Shown here piece by piece: positions 38,737 through 47,344 of a DNA stretch of 64,000 nucleotides. Position 1 is the first letter of the stretch. Each line of letters starts with the position of its first letter. This stretch comes from Bacteroidales bacterium (lineage in GTDB: Bacteria > Bacteroidota > Bacteroidia > Bacteroidales > UBA932). Both the position numbers and the translations under genes were made by a program. The notes beneath the pieces were generated by a model. It made no database searches, was not told where the DNA came from, and worked only from the letters and a program-made list of their open reading frames with translations. The stretch covers positions 8,442-72,441 of the forward strand of contig JAEELG010000128.1 in the NCBI GenBank assembly GCA_016288775.1, given 5' to 3'.

Positions 38737-40578
38737 TTATTTGATGACGGGCAACCCGATCCAGGAGTCATTCCAGACGGCGATGCGGCAGGTCTTGTAT
38801 TCTGTGGAAGGGACGGTGTACGGATTTTCCTGATAAAACTGAGGAGACATTGCCATGACCGGGTACCATGACGACTGGATCTGAACCACTATCCGGTGGC
38901 CTTCCTGGAATACATGGGCGATTTCGTTCAGCAGGAAGTCGATGGAGATCCGCTCCCCGGGGGGCACTGGCTCGGGAGAGCTGAAACTCCGGCGATACCG
39001 GGCACGGAATGCGTCGCCCCGGACAAGCATCTGGTAACCGTCGGGCCGCTCGTCGATGACCTTGACGATGAAGTCCGCATCGGTGGTACTTGTGGATACG
39101 TCAAGATGGACGCGGACCGGGCCTTCGGCGGTCAGGTCTTCCCGCAGCGGTTCGCCCCTGAAGGTCAGCACGTCCGATCGCTTTTCCGCAAAGCGCTGGT
39201 CCGCCGCCATATAATTCTTGCTCCTTCCGTTGGTCAGTTTTTCCATGTAGGGAACCGGGTTCTCCGGATCCGAAACATACGAGCGCGAGCGCCGGCATCG
39301 CGGCTGTTTGCCTGCATCCGTCAACCGTTTGCGGTCCAGATACAACACTTTGAATTCCTGATCTTTCAGCGGCCAGTCTGAATAGGTATGCCAATCGGGC
39401 CCTGTATCATGGCGAATGTTGCCGTCCAATGTGCGGGAAGGCAGGATGCTGACCCTGGCGGGAGGCGTTCCCTTTCCTTCCAGGTACCAGGCGAAAAACG
39501 GATACTCGATTTCTTCCATGAAACGGTCCGTCGACCCTTCGCCGAAGTACGAGTCGCCAAGGCCGGTGTATTTTGAATCGCGCCATCCGCCGTGCGACCA
39601 GGGTCCGTACACGAAATACGCCTCCGTCCCGGGCGACTGTCGGCGTATGGCCTCATAGGTCTCTATTGCCCCGTAGCAGTCGTCGGTGTCGTAGTTGCCG
39701 CCGACCACCAGGACCGCGGGCTTGATATCGTACAGCTGGCCAGCCACATTCCGCTCCTGCCACCAGCTGTCATAATCCGGATGCTGCAGCATCTCTTCCC
39801 AGAAGGGAATCCTCTCACCGAGATTCGCCGTCAGGGCGGGAAAATCCGGGAACTGCCTGTAATAGCTGTAGATGTCGCGGTCGATGTTCACGAGAGACTC
39901 CGACCCCGATTCCGATGGCTGCTGCCGGACACGGAAGAAGGACGCTGCAAAGGTGTACATGTCCAGCATCCAGACGCCGTTGTGATGGACGTCGTCTCCC
40001 TTCCACCAGTCAGTGACGGGCGCCTGGGGCGAAACTGCCTTTATCGCCGGATGCCCGCAGAGCCCCGCGAGGGTCGCGTAAAAACCGGGATACGATACGC
40101 CCTTCACGCCGACGGCGCCGTTCGTCCGGGTATTCTGAAGCAGCCACTCGGTCGTGTCGTAGGCATCCGTGGCCTCGTCAGTCTGCGACCATGGCGCGTC
40201 CGCCGGTTTGAGCGGACGGATGTTTTCATATTCGCCCTCACTCAGGTACGTACCGCGGACGCTTTGATAGACAATTATATACTTGTTGGCCGCAAACATC
40301 CGCATCCATGAGCGGAGGTTGCTTGTATATTTCTCGCCATAGGGCCCCACGCCGTAGGGGGTGCGCAGCATGATGACTGGATGCGGCAGGGTGTCGGCAG
40401 GCTCATAAACTGCCGTATGCAAACGCACCCCGTCCCGCATGGCGATATACACCTCGCGCTTGCAGTAGTTCTCTTTCACCCACTCCTCGGTCAAATGGGG
40501 AACGGCCCCGGAAGCCGCTCCTCCCGCAAAAGACAATGCAAGGGCTAGCGCAACATGAATAATTGTAAGTCTTTTCAT
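38737..40578 (-). CDS. CocE/NonD family serine hydrolase (S15 peptidase / acylase-like)
   Basis: MRDGVRL, RTPY, GVSYPG nucleophile motif, GPWSHG, VQIQSSW. Confidence 0.92.
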   Translation of the reverse strand: MKRLTIIHVALALALSFAGGAASGAVPHLTEEWVKENYCKREVYIAMRDGVRLHTAVYEPADTLPHPVIMLRTPYGVGPYGEKYTSNLRSWMRMFAANKYIIVYQSVRGTYLSEGEYENIRPLKPADAPWSQTDEATDAYDTTEWLLQNTRTNGAVGVKGVSYPGFYATLAGLCGHPAIKAVSPQAPVTDWWKGDDVHHNGVWMLDMYTFAASFFRVRQQPSESGSESLVNIDRDIYSYYRQFPDFPALTANLGERIPFWEEMLQHPDYDSWWQERNVAGQLYDIKPAVLVVGGNYDTDDCYGAIETYEAIRRQSPGTEAYFVYGPWSHGGWRDSKYTGLGDSYFGEGSTDRFMEEIEYPFFAWYLEGKGTPPARVSILPSRTLDGNIRHDTGPDWHTYSDWPLKDQEFKVLYLDRKRLTDAGKQPRCRRSRSYVSDPENPVPYMEKLTNGRSKNYMAADQRFAEKRSDVLTFRGEPLREDLTAEGPVRVHLDVSTSTTDADFIVKVIDERPDGYQMLVRGDAFRARYRRSFSSPEPVPPGERISIDFLLNEIAHVFQEGHRIVVQIQSSWYPVMAMSPQFYQENPYTVPSTEYKTCRIAVWNDSWIGLPVIK

Positions 40579-40722
40579 CGCTATGGACTGAGCAAATTTA
40601 CTCAATAAATATACAATAACAAAACATAACCCTCAGCGGTCAAATAGTTGTGTTTGCGAATGATTATTTGTGAATCTTGTGAAACGTGGCTACATTTGCG
40701 AAACCAAGAAATAGGCAGTAGC

Positions 40723-41142
40723 ATGAACGAATTCCGGAGAGCCATCAGATTCTTTCTGTTGTCCAGTACCGCAGCACTGGTGGAGATGGGCAGTTTTGCC
40801 CTGCTGAACGAAGTTACCAACTGGCGTTACTGGCCCTGCTATCTCATCGCCCTCACGCTATCCGTCATCTGGAATTTCGGCATAAACCGCAAATTCACCT
40901 TCCGCTCCACCGCCAACATCCCTCGGGCCCTTGGGCTGGTGTTCCTGTATTACCTTGTTTTCACGCCCCTGTCCACCTGGGGCGGCGACTATCTGGCCGA
41001 AGACCTGCACTGGAACGAGTACCTCGTCACCGTCCTCAACATCCTGCTGAACGGCATCACGGAGTTCCTCTTCCAGCGTTTTGTCGTCTACGGCAAGAAT
41101 GTGGATACGGCGGTGAAAAAGGGTGGCTTAGGGACGTCTTAG
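40723..41142 (+). CDS. GtrA family membrane protein
   Basis: Four TM segments, WNFGINRKFTFRS, FQRFVVY; TACATTTG element at 40691-40698. Confidence 0.85.
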   Translation: MNEFRRAIRFFLLSSTAALVEMGSFALLNEVTNWRYWPCYLIALTLSVIWNFGINRKFTFRSTANIPRALGLVFLYYLVFTPLSTWGGDYLAEDLHWNEYLVTVLNILLNGITEFLFQRFVVYGKNVDTAVKKGGLGTS

Positions 41143-41189
41143 AGAACCTTCCTTGCGATTAGTTATTGCCACGAAGTACACGATGTGGC

Positions 41190-41537
41190 TTACTTCTTTG
41201 GCACCCTTACCCGGTTGGGAATGTTCTCAGGCAATACCATTGAGAGTTCCATGAAGCCGGCATACTCGCCACCATCGAACCACGGGGTCTGGAATATGAG
41301 TTTCTTGAGGCCTTCCTTCTCTACGGTATAGACGTTGGTACGGGGATTCTCAAGCATATCGGCAAGCATACTCCTTGCCGGCTCAGGGTGGCAGTCAAGG
41401 ACATTCTTTCCGATAATCTCATCTTGGCCGGGCTTCAAGAAGGTCTTTCTTGACTTGCCATTCATGTCCATGATGGTGCCGTCTTTGGCGCATATGGTGA
41501 CGGCCACGTCGGCGCCTTCAAAGTAATCGCGTTTCAT
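41190..41537 (-). CDS. Stand-alone PAS-domain protein
   Basis: ATG 41537; VTICAKDGTIMDMN, IIGKNVLDCHPEP, PWFDGGEYAG. Confidence 0.8.
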   Translation of the reverse strand: MKRDYFEGADVAVTICAKDGTIMDMNGKSRKTFLKPGQDEIIGKNVLDCHPEPARSMLADMLENPRTNVYTVEKEGLKKLIFQTPWFDGGEYAGFMELSMVLPENIPNRVRVPKK

Positions 41538-41619
41538 ATTTTGATTAATTATGTATGCACGGGATTCCCCTACTTTGCCGCTCGGGATTTGATCTTCTTC
41601 CCGGTTTCGTCGTACATGT

Positions 41620-41978
41620 ACATTAATACCGTTCTGCGTCGTCCAAATCCGTGTACAGTTGTTTATTAATTCTTCCAATTCTGCCTTTGTCGGAATATGC
41701 CATCTGCCTCCCCAGTTTGCACTTGCAGCGTCATCCTCGGGATCCAGCTCCGTATTGCTGTCAGGCGATCCTGAATAGCCCCAATAATCTGTCTTATCGG
41801 ATGGACAATACTTAGTGAGTGAACGATAACTACTGTCGTTGCACAATTTGTAAGATGTCCAGTAGTAATTGTATTTTGGCTCAGTCTCGCCCCGTGCGAA
41901 GTAATAGCCATACTGCTCGGGCTCGGTAGCACCAAGGTTATATGGCGCCCACTTGACGGTAAGACCCAGGTCCACAGG
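41620..41978 (-). pseudogene. Detached, truncated C-terminal domain (VDLGLxVKWA family) of the upstream lipoprotein
   Basis: In frame behind the TAA at 41979-41981 (QAP*PVDLGLTVKWAPYNLGA); resemblance to the family is lost after WTTQNGIN. Confidence 0.75.
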
Positions 41979-43784
41979 TTAAGGAGCCTGGAGCGGTTCT
42001 GCCTCCTCAAACGAAGATATTATGATTTGGTGTGCGTTCCTGACCGGGTCAAAATTGCAGTAATAGCCGTACATGGTGGCCAGCTTGCCCATGAGAGGGG
42101 TAAGGTCGAAGCTGGCCGGCCTGTTGGAGATAGAGCAACGGATATCTGTACCCGGCATAATGAAGTCTATGTAACTGCCCTCCGTAGAAACGATGCCAGT
42201 TATGGCAAGGTAGTCAGATTCCCTAGCCACATACGTGCCGGCGGTCTGTGATATATCTATTAATTGAGTGCGGGGAAGGGCATTCCCGGAAGAGATGACG
42301 GTTGCGGTGGAGCTTATCATCTCCGGAATGCCATAGTAAGTAGTCTTAATGCCGTCGATGAGTACGTTGTCTCCGATGCTGACCTTCTTGTAGTCGCTGT
42401 CGAACACGTGCATGTTGTGCTCACCATTGCTGACTACGAAGCCCAGCGCGGAGATTGCGACCACTATTCCATCGTTAAAGGAAATATGCGAATTATTATC
42501 AACAGTGATAGATGCGTTGAGCGTTGACGGAGAGACCGGGTATGCATCATACTCTTTAACGCCATTCAGCCAAACGATCTTATTGCGCTTTGCGTATTCT
42601 GGCTGAACGTTGTTGTACATCTCGAGGCGACCTTTGATAATTACCTCGTCGCCAACCTTCAGTTGATCTGTGGATGTGAATTTGGTTCCGGCGAGGAAGA
42701 AACCTTTCCAAGCCTCCAATGTGGCGTCGTAGCCGGGGTCCTGGATGTAGTATGTGGCCAATCCTTCATTATCGGGGTCAATTCTGTAGATGCTGGAGAC
42801 AACGCCCTTGGTGTATACGTCGTCAATACTTTCTCCTGGATTAAGGGAGCTGGCTACGGCGCAAGCCTTGGCTACGTTGTACGGATTGGCTTCTGTGCCA
42901 TCACCGTACTGAGGCCCGAGCGTGAGACCTCCACCATAGGTGAATGTGAGTCCGTCGTCAAGATTGTCAAGCTTACCAAATATGGCTCGGTGAACGGTGA
43001 GGCTCTTGTCGATGGACTTTGTTGCTCCGGTGCCGTCGGATTTGTTGAATCCAACCTGGATGCCCTGGGCATGAGTTGCAGGCAATAGGGCGGCATAGTA
43101 ATACTCTCCCGGTACGAAGCCTCCGTCAGGGGCTTTCAAATGAATCATGCTCTCGCCATCTTCAACGGAAAGAATTGCCGGCTTGTAGTCATTGCTAAAT
43201 CCTACTTTGACGCGGCCCGCTAAGGGAGTGCCATCTGCAGATTTGATGATTATATCATTGATTCCGGTTTGGGAGACGCTGAAGCGGGCACCGCCGCAGA
43301 CGTTGTAAAAAGCAAGTTCAAGAGATGTGCTTGTTGCAATAGCCGGGAAAAACTTGTCGGCAAAGGTACCTGAAGCTGCAGGCTGGACACTCGGGACAGT
43401 GAGGGTGACACTCTGGCCGTCGCAGGTGTTGGAGCTATCGTATGGATAGACGGCCCAGTATTTGGAGTGGCCGCTGTCTGCTTCGATGGCGCCAGCAAGG
43501 ACATCAAGGCTGCCGGTAAACTGAACCGTTGCAGCAGCTGCAATATTGGTGGATGTGAAGACTCCGGAGAAGGTTGTGCCGTAGAAGGCGTTGATCTGCT
43601 CGTCTGTTGTCCACCAGACTGTGGTACCATCTGCCTGGATGGCGGTCTTGGTGTCACGGGAGTCGGCCCAAGTTGCGGTGAAAGTGACCTGCTTGCTTGA
43701 CGGGATAATCTCAGTTGATACTTCCCGAGTGCAGGAGAGTGCTGCTAGAGCAAAGGCAGCGATATATATAATGCGTGTTTTCAT
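41979..43784 (-). CDS. Fimbrillin-like surface lipoprotein with OB-like domains, probably truncated by a nonsense codon
   Basis: ATG 43784, lipobox ALSC, TKT processing-like motif, WAVYPY, FYNVCGG, GDGTEANPYNVA, LKVGDEVIIKG. Confidence 0.75.
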   Translation of the reverse strand: MKTRIIYIAAFALAALSCTREVSTEIIPSSKQVTFTATWADSRDTKTAIQADGTTVWWTTDEQINAFYGTTFSGVFTSTNIAAAATVQFTGSLDVLAGAIEADSGHSKYWAVYPYDSSNTCDGQSVTLTVPSVQPAASGTFADKFFPAIATSTSLELAFYNVCGGARFSVSQTGINDIIIKSADGTPLAGRVKVGFSNDYKPAILSVEDGESMIHLKAPDGGFVPGEYYYAALLPATHAQGIQVGFNKSDGTGATKSIDKSLTVHRAIFGKLDNLDDGLTFTYGGGLTLGPQYGDGTEANPYNVAKACAVASSLNPGESIDDVYTKGVVSSIYRIDPDNEGLATYYIQDPGYDATLEAWKGFFLAGTKFTSTDQLKVGDEVIIKGRLEMYNNVQPEYAKRNKIVWLNGVKEYDAYPVSPSTLNASITVDNNSHISFNDGIVVAISALGFVVSNGEHNMHVFDSDYKKVSIGDNVLIDGIKTTYYGIPEMISSTATVISSGNALPRTQLIDISQTAGTYVARESDYLAITGIVSTEGSYIDFIMPGTDIRCSISNRPASFDLTPLMGKLATMYGYYCNFDPVRNAHQIIISSFEEAEPLQAP

Positions 43785-43785
43785 A

Positions 43786-43914
43786 TCAGTCAGTCCAGTC
43801 TTCGTATCCAATACCTTCTACGCCACCATTGTCGGGGCTGGTGCATAACAAGTCGGCCCACAGGGATGCGATGTATTCGCACTCTGGGGCGGAATAAGTG
43901 ATTTTCATCATCAT
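43786..43914 (-). CDS. Small 40-42 aa peptide with YxxP motif upstream of the lipoprotein
   Basis: MMMKITYSAPECEYIASLWADLLCTSPDNGGVEGIGYEDWTD; lies between a canonical promoter and the lipoprotein ATG, with its stop 1 nt before that ATG. Confidence 0.65.
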   Translation of the reverse strand: MMMKITYSAPECEYIASLWADLLCTSPDNGGVEGIGYEDWTD

Positions 43915-43937
43915 TGAACGCTGCATGGTTAGTATCG

Positions 43938-43969
43938 CAAAGATAGTAAAAGGCGCTGAGTAAAGCAAA
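43938..43969 (-). promoter_or_regulatory. Bacteroidetes sigma-A promoter (TTTG-N20-TATCTTTG)
   Basis: CAAAGATA at 43938-43945 and CAAA at 43966-43969 on the + strand. Confidence 0.7.
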
Positions 43970-44024
43970 AGCACCGCTGGAATGGCTACCGGTATTCTTT
44001 CCTGAAGTTAGCGGCTGCGGCGGA

Positions 44025-44118
44025 GCAGGTCCGATTTGAGGGCGAGGACCTGCAGCATCAGAACGCGTGAGAGGCAGATTTGCGGCGCAGGTCACCGGCA
44101 TAAAAGAGGACCTGCGCC
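44025..44118. repeat. GCAGGTC-N15-GACCTGC palindrome doublet
   Basis: Copies at 44025-44053 and 44087-44115, identical 15-nt spacer length, 62-nt period. Confidence 0.8.
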
Positions 44119-44204
44119 ATTTTTAATGCGCAGCGTATGGAGCGAAGCGACTAAGCCACTTCCCCGAGGGAAGGGGTTTGGGGATGGGGTAACGTGTAGG
44201 ACGC

Positions 44205-44249
44205 CCTCGACGAAAAAAAGCTCAGCAGACGCTGAGCTTTTCGTCGAGG
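44205..44249 (-). terminator. Terminator-like inverted repeat at the tRNA-Cys 3' end
   Basis: CCTCGACGAAAA(AAA)GCTCAGC-AGAC-GCTGAGCTTTTCGTCGAGG. Confidence 0.75.
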
Positions 44250-44317
44250 TGCGTAGCGGAATCGAACCACTGTGACAGGTTTTGCAGACCTGCGCCTAGC
44301 CACTCGGCCAACGCACC
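44247..44317 (-). tRNA. tRNA-Cys (GCA)
   Basis: Acceptor stem GGTGCGT/ACGCACC, anticodon arm CAGGT-CTGCAAA-ACCTG, TTCGA T-loop, U73 discriminator; CCA not encoded; TAACTTTG promoter at 44329-44336. Confidence 0.95.
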
Positions 44318-44502
44318 CTAAGGGATTGCAAAGTTACATTATTTATTTGAAAATGCAAATTTTGCTAACAATTTGCAAGATCACGGCCCGAAACAGCGCT
44401 TCCCATTAGCCATAAGACGGCAATTACTGAAATTTTTATTAAACCATAAAACGCTGAAAATCAGCGGTGATGAAAAATTATTAAAAAATTTTCAAAAAAT
44501 AT

Positions 44503-44533
44503 TTTGCAGTTTAAAATAAAAGTATTACCTTTG
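44503..44533 (+). promoter_or_regulatory. Canonical promoter (TTTG-N19-TACCTTTG) with AT-rich upstream tract
   Basis: TTTG at 44503-44506, TACCTTTG at 44526-44533, A/T tracts across 44470-44520. Confidence 0.8.
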
Positions 44534-44536
44534 TAT

Positions 44537-44646
44537 CGGGTTGAATGATGAGGGTTCTCCTCACAGCCTATTGGTTATTAGTTTTAGTGTTATTAATTAT
44601 GTGGTTAGTATGAGTTGTTGTCGTGAGACACCAACTCATTTCTTTT
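44537..44646 (+). ncRNA. Candidate orphan small RNA (about 110 nt)
   Basis: Promoter upstream, 5' hairpin TGAGG-GTTCT-CCTCA, U-rich linker, terminator ATGAGTTG-T-TGTC-GTGA-GACA-C-CAACTCAT followed by a T run; no credible CDS. Confidence 0.6.
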
Positions 44647-45913
44647 ATACCCCAAACTCTCCGAATTTCAACAACTTACCTGTGACTGGGTGCCGGAACG
44701 ACAGCCCGCAGGCACGGAGCCACAGGCGCTCGTTGGGGCAGCCGCTGCCGTACAGGCGGTCGCCGCGCACCGGGTGGCCGAGGCCGCGGACGTGTGCGGC
44801 ATGCACCCGGATTTGGTGCGAGCGCCCTGTGAGCGGCCTGAAAAGCACGTCCACGCTGCCGTCGGGGAGTATTCCCAGTACTTCATATTCGGTAACCGCT
44901 TTCTTGCCCTGTTCGTCGTCCACCATCTGACGGGGCCGGTCGTAGTAATCCAGCGTCAGCGGCAGGGCAATGGTGCCCTTCATGGCGTGGTTCCACGGAC
45001 CTCCTTCCAGCCTGGCGCGGTAAACCTTCTTCACTTCGCGGTCGGCAAACTGCCTCTCAAGTTCAGACTTGCAGGGGAGTGAGCGTGCATATACCATGAT
45101 TCCCGAAGTATCCATATCCAGCCTGTGGCAGCTCTCAACCGAATTGCCATAGCGATCCCGCAACCATTCAAGGAGCGACGGCATATTGGTCCGCCCGGGA
45201 ACGGACAGCATTCCGGAGGGCTTGTCAACGACTATTATGTCATCATCGACATAAATCACCTTCGGCTCTTCAGGCGATTCCAGTGCTGCGTCCAGCGGGT
45301 TCGGCTCCACGTCAAGGCCCTTCATCATCCATGTCAGGAGCGGCCCGCACTTGCTTGTACAGGAAGGGTAGAAGCGCCCCTGCTCGCGTACTTCGCGCTG
45401 CGGACTGCGCCCATACCAGAATTCTCCCATAGCATTGGGTTTCAATCCGTTGCGGTATGCGAACTCAAGTAGTTTTGGAGCTGCGCAATCGCCTGTCCCG
45501 CCAGGTGGAACAAGCCCGCGCTGAGCGAATATCTCAGCTATTGAAAGCTCCTCTCCATGGGCATTGTGCACCCTGTACTGCCGGAACACCCAATCCTGAA
45601 GATCGGCGGAAGCGGCGGACTTTTCCGGGCCTGCCGGCATGGCGGAAATCACTGCTTCCCTCTGTTTGAAGTAGCCCTGGGTGAGGTCGAAAACAGGCGG
45701 TACGAAACCGTCAATTACGGAGCGCCCGCCGGCAAGGCCGCTGAAGGCAAACAGAGGTCCATTATCCGTTATCAGAACCCCCATCATCTTGCCTTCCGCA
45801 AACAGCCCTCCGAGAGCCGGGTCGGCGTCGAGCCGTTGTATCAGCGAACGCGCCGCGTCCACCACCAGGGGATGCGGCACGTAGCAGAACGGATATGTGA
45901 ATTTCTCAGGCAA
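44645..45913 (-). CDS. RluA-family pseudouridine synthase with N-terminal extension
   Basis: VDKPSGMLSVPG, HRLDMDTSG, TGRSHQIRVH, GDRLYG. Confidence 0.92.
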   Translation of the reverse strand: MPEKFTYPFCYVPHPLVVDAARSLIQRLDADPALGGLFAEGKMMGVLITDNGPLFAFSGLAGGRSVIDGFVPPVFDLTQGYFKQREAVISAMPAGPEKSAASADLQDWVFRQYRVHNAHGEELSIAEIFAQRGLVPPGGTGDCAAPKLLEFAYRNGLKPNAMGEFWYGRSPQREVREQGRFYPSCTSKCGPLLTWMMKGLDVEPNPLDAALESPEEPKVIYVDDDIIVVDKPSGMLSVPGRTNMPSLLEWLRDRYGNSVESCHRLDMDTSGIMVYARSLPCKSELERQFADREVKKVYRARLEGGPWNHAMKGTIALPLTLDYYDRPRQMVDDEQGKKAVTEYEVLGILPDGSVDVLFRPLTGRSHQIRVHAAHVRGLGHPVRGDRLYGSGCPNERLWLRACGLSFRHPVTGKLLKFGEFGV

Positions 45914-46484
45914 AATCCTGCAGGAGCTTCCAGACCTTGTGGACGGGGAAGCCCATCACATTGTAGAAAGATCCTTCGATATTGCCCATCGACGCGTAGC
46001 CGAGCCATTCCTGGATTCCGTATCCACCGGCCTTGTCGAACGGCTTGTATCTGTCTATGTAATAGGCGATTTCGTCTTCGTCGAGCGGAGCCACGTGAAC
46101 TATCGTTTCGTCCGTGGCGCTGCGTTCCATGTCCTGTGTGCGGAAAACCACTGCGGAAACGACTTTATGAGCCTTGCCTGACAGTTCGCGAAGCATCTCA
46201 AAGGCCTGCTCGCGGCTGTGGGGTTTTCCCAGCACGCGGCCCTCGAGAACAACTACGGTATCGGCTGTTATCAGCAGCTCGTCGGCTTCAAGCGGTCTGT
46301 GGAAACCGTGTGACTTGCCTTTGGCCATCAGCAGCGGCACTTCTTCAGGTTGGGCGCCGGCCGGTACGGACTCCTCGAATGTGTTGCCGGTGTCGACCGT
46401 GAATTCGACGTCCAGCCCCGCAAGCAGTTCGCGCCTTCGCGGGGATCCGCTACCGAGGATGATGCGTTTAGAACATGTTTTCAT
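45906..46484 (-). CDS. maf: Maf nucleoside triphosphate pyrophosphatase
   Basis: ILGSGSPRRRELL, ADTVV, GKP, DKAGGYGIQ. Confidence 0.95.
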   Translation of the reverse strand: MKTCSKRIILGSGSPRRRELLAGLDVEFTVDTGNTFEESVPAGAQPEEVPLLMAKGKSHGFHRPLEADELLITADTVVVLEGRVLGKPHSREQAFEMLRELSGKAHKVVSAVVFRTQDMERSATDETIVHVAPLDEDEIAYYIDRYKPFDKAGGYGIQEWLGYASMGNIEGSFYNVMGFPVHKVWKLLQDFA

Positions 46485-46995
46485 ATTTCCTGACGTCGAA
46501 AACCCATCTGCCCTGGGCTTTCATTACCATTTCCAGAGTCCAGCGGACGAAGCCCTTGCCTCCACAGACAGGGGATACTATGTCGGCGGCGTCCTTCGCT
46601 TCCTGCACGGCGTCGGCCGGCACCACGCCCAGTCCTGCGTATTGCAGCGCCGGGATGTCGGGCAGGTCGTCGCCCATGAAAAGCACTTCCTCGGGCTTGA
46701 GCCCGAAGCGCTCGCAGGCCTCGGCCAGCACCCTGCACTTGTCGCGGGAATGCATGTAAACGTTTTCGTAGGGTATGCCGTATGCGGTCATGCGCTTTCG
46801 TACGGATTCCGTGCGGCCTCCGGTGATGACAGCAAGCGTGTAGCCGTTCAGGGCAGCCATACGGAGCCCGTGCCCGTCTTTCTCGTTGAAGATGCGCAAC
46901 GGTTCGGCGTTGGCGTCGCACAGCACGGTGCCGTCGGTCATCACGCCGTCGATGTCGAAGAAGAAAGCCTTTATGGCTTTAAGATTTTGCTCCAT
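46468..46995 (-). CDS. kdsC: KdsC-family HAD phosphatase
   Basis: FDIDGVMTDG, KDGHG, ITGG, MGDDLPD, GGKGFVR. Confidence 0.85.
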   Translation of the reverse strand: MEQNLKAIKAFFFDIDGVMTDGTVLCDANAEPLRIFNEKDGHGLRMAALNGYTLAVITGGRTESVRKRMTAYGIPYENVYMHSRDKCRVLAEACERFGLKPEEVLFMGDDLPDIPALQYAGLGVVPADAVQEAKDAADIVSPVCGGKGFVRWTLEMVMKAQGRWVFDVRKYENMF

Positions 46996-47290
46996 TGGGA
47001 TTGAAGTCAGCCAGATTGAAAGTGCCCTTGGGGGAGCCGGGAAGCTCGATGGGGCCGAACTGGGCCTCGTATTTGCCGATATTGTCGGCCAGGGCGTTAA
47101 GAAGCCTCTTCACATGTTCCGGGGTCATCAGGATGCGGTTGCAGACCTCGGCCTTGGCCAGGCCGGGGAGCATGATTGCAAAGTCGATGACGAATTCGCT
47201 GTGGGAGTGGCTTATGATAGCCAGATTCGAATAATTGCCTTTTGAGACCTCGGGCTTGAGCTCCACCTGGAGTTGTTTATTTTCTTCCAT
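46979..47290 (-). CDS. DUF3467-family protein
   Basis: GNYSNLAIISHSHSEFVIDF..RILMTPEHVKRLL..YEAQFG; TAATTTTG element at 47311-47318. Confidence 0.85.
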   Translation of the reverse strand: MEENKQLQVELKPEVSKGNYSNLAIISHSHSEFVIDFAIMLPGLAKAEVCNRILMTPEHVKRLLNALADNIGKYEAQFGPIELPGSPKGTFNLADFNPNGAKS

Positions 47291-47344
47291 AAAATCAATA
47301 GTTTCTCCGACAAAATTACGCTAAAAATGTTATCTTTGCAAGAT

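Noticed and set aside
41190-41975. 261-aa ORF as a genuine adhesin-domain/PAS fusion
   Set aside because: Best explained as a truncated pseudogene fragment that happens to run in frame into a separate PAS gene with its own ATG (41537) and AT-rich upstream region.
41620-43784. Diversity-generating retroelement target or programmed stop-codon readthrough
   Set aside because: No reverse transcriptase or template repeat in the window, the C-terminal region is deleted, and TAA is used as a normal stop in neighbouring genes.
44541-44930. 129-aa ORF downstream of the promoter at 44503-44533
   Set aside because: It has a TTG start, runs through a terminator hairpin and lies antisense to the rluA-like gene; the sRNA interpretation fits better.
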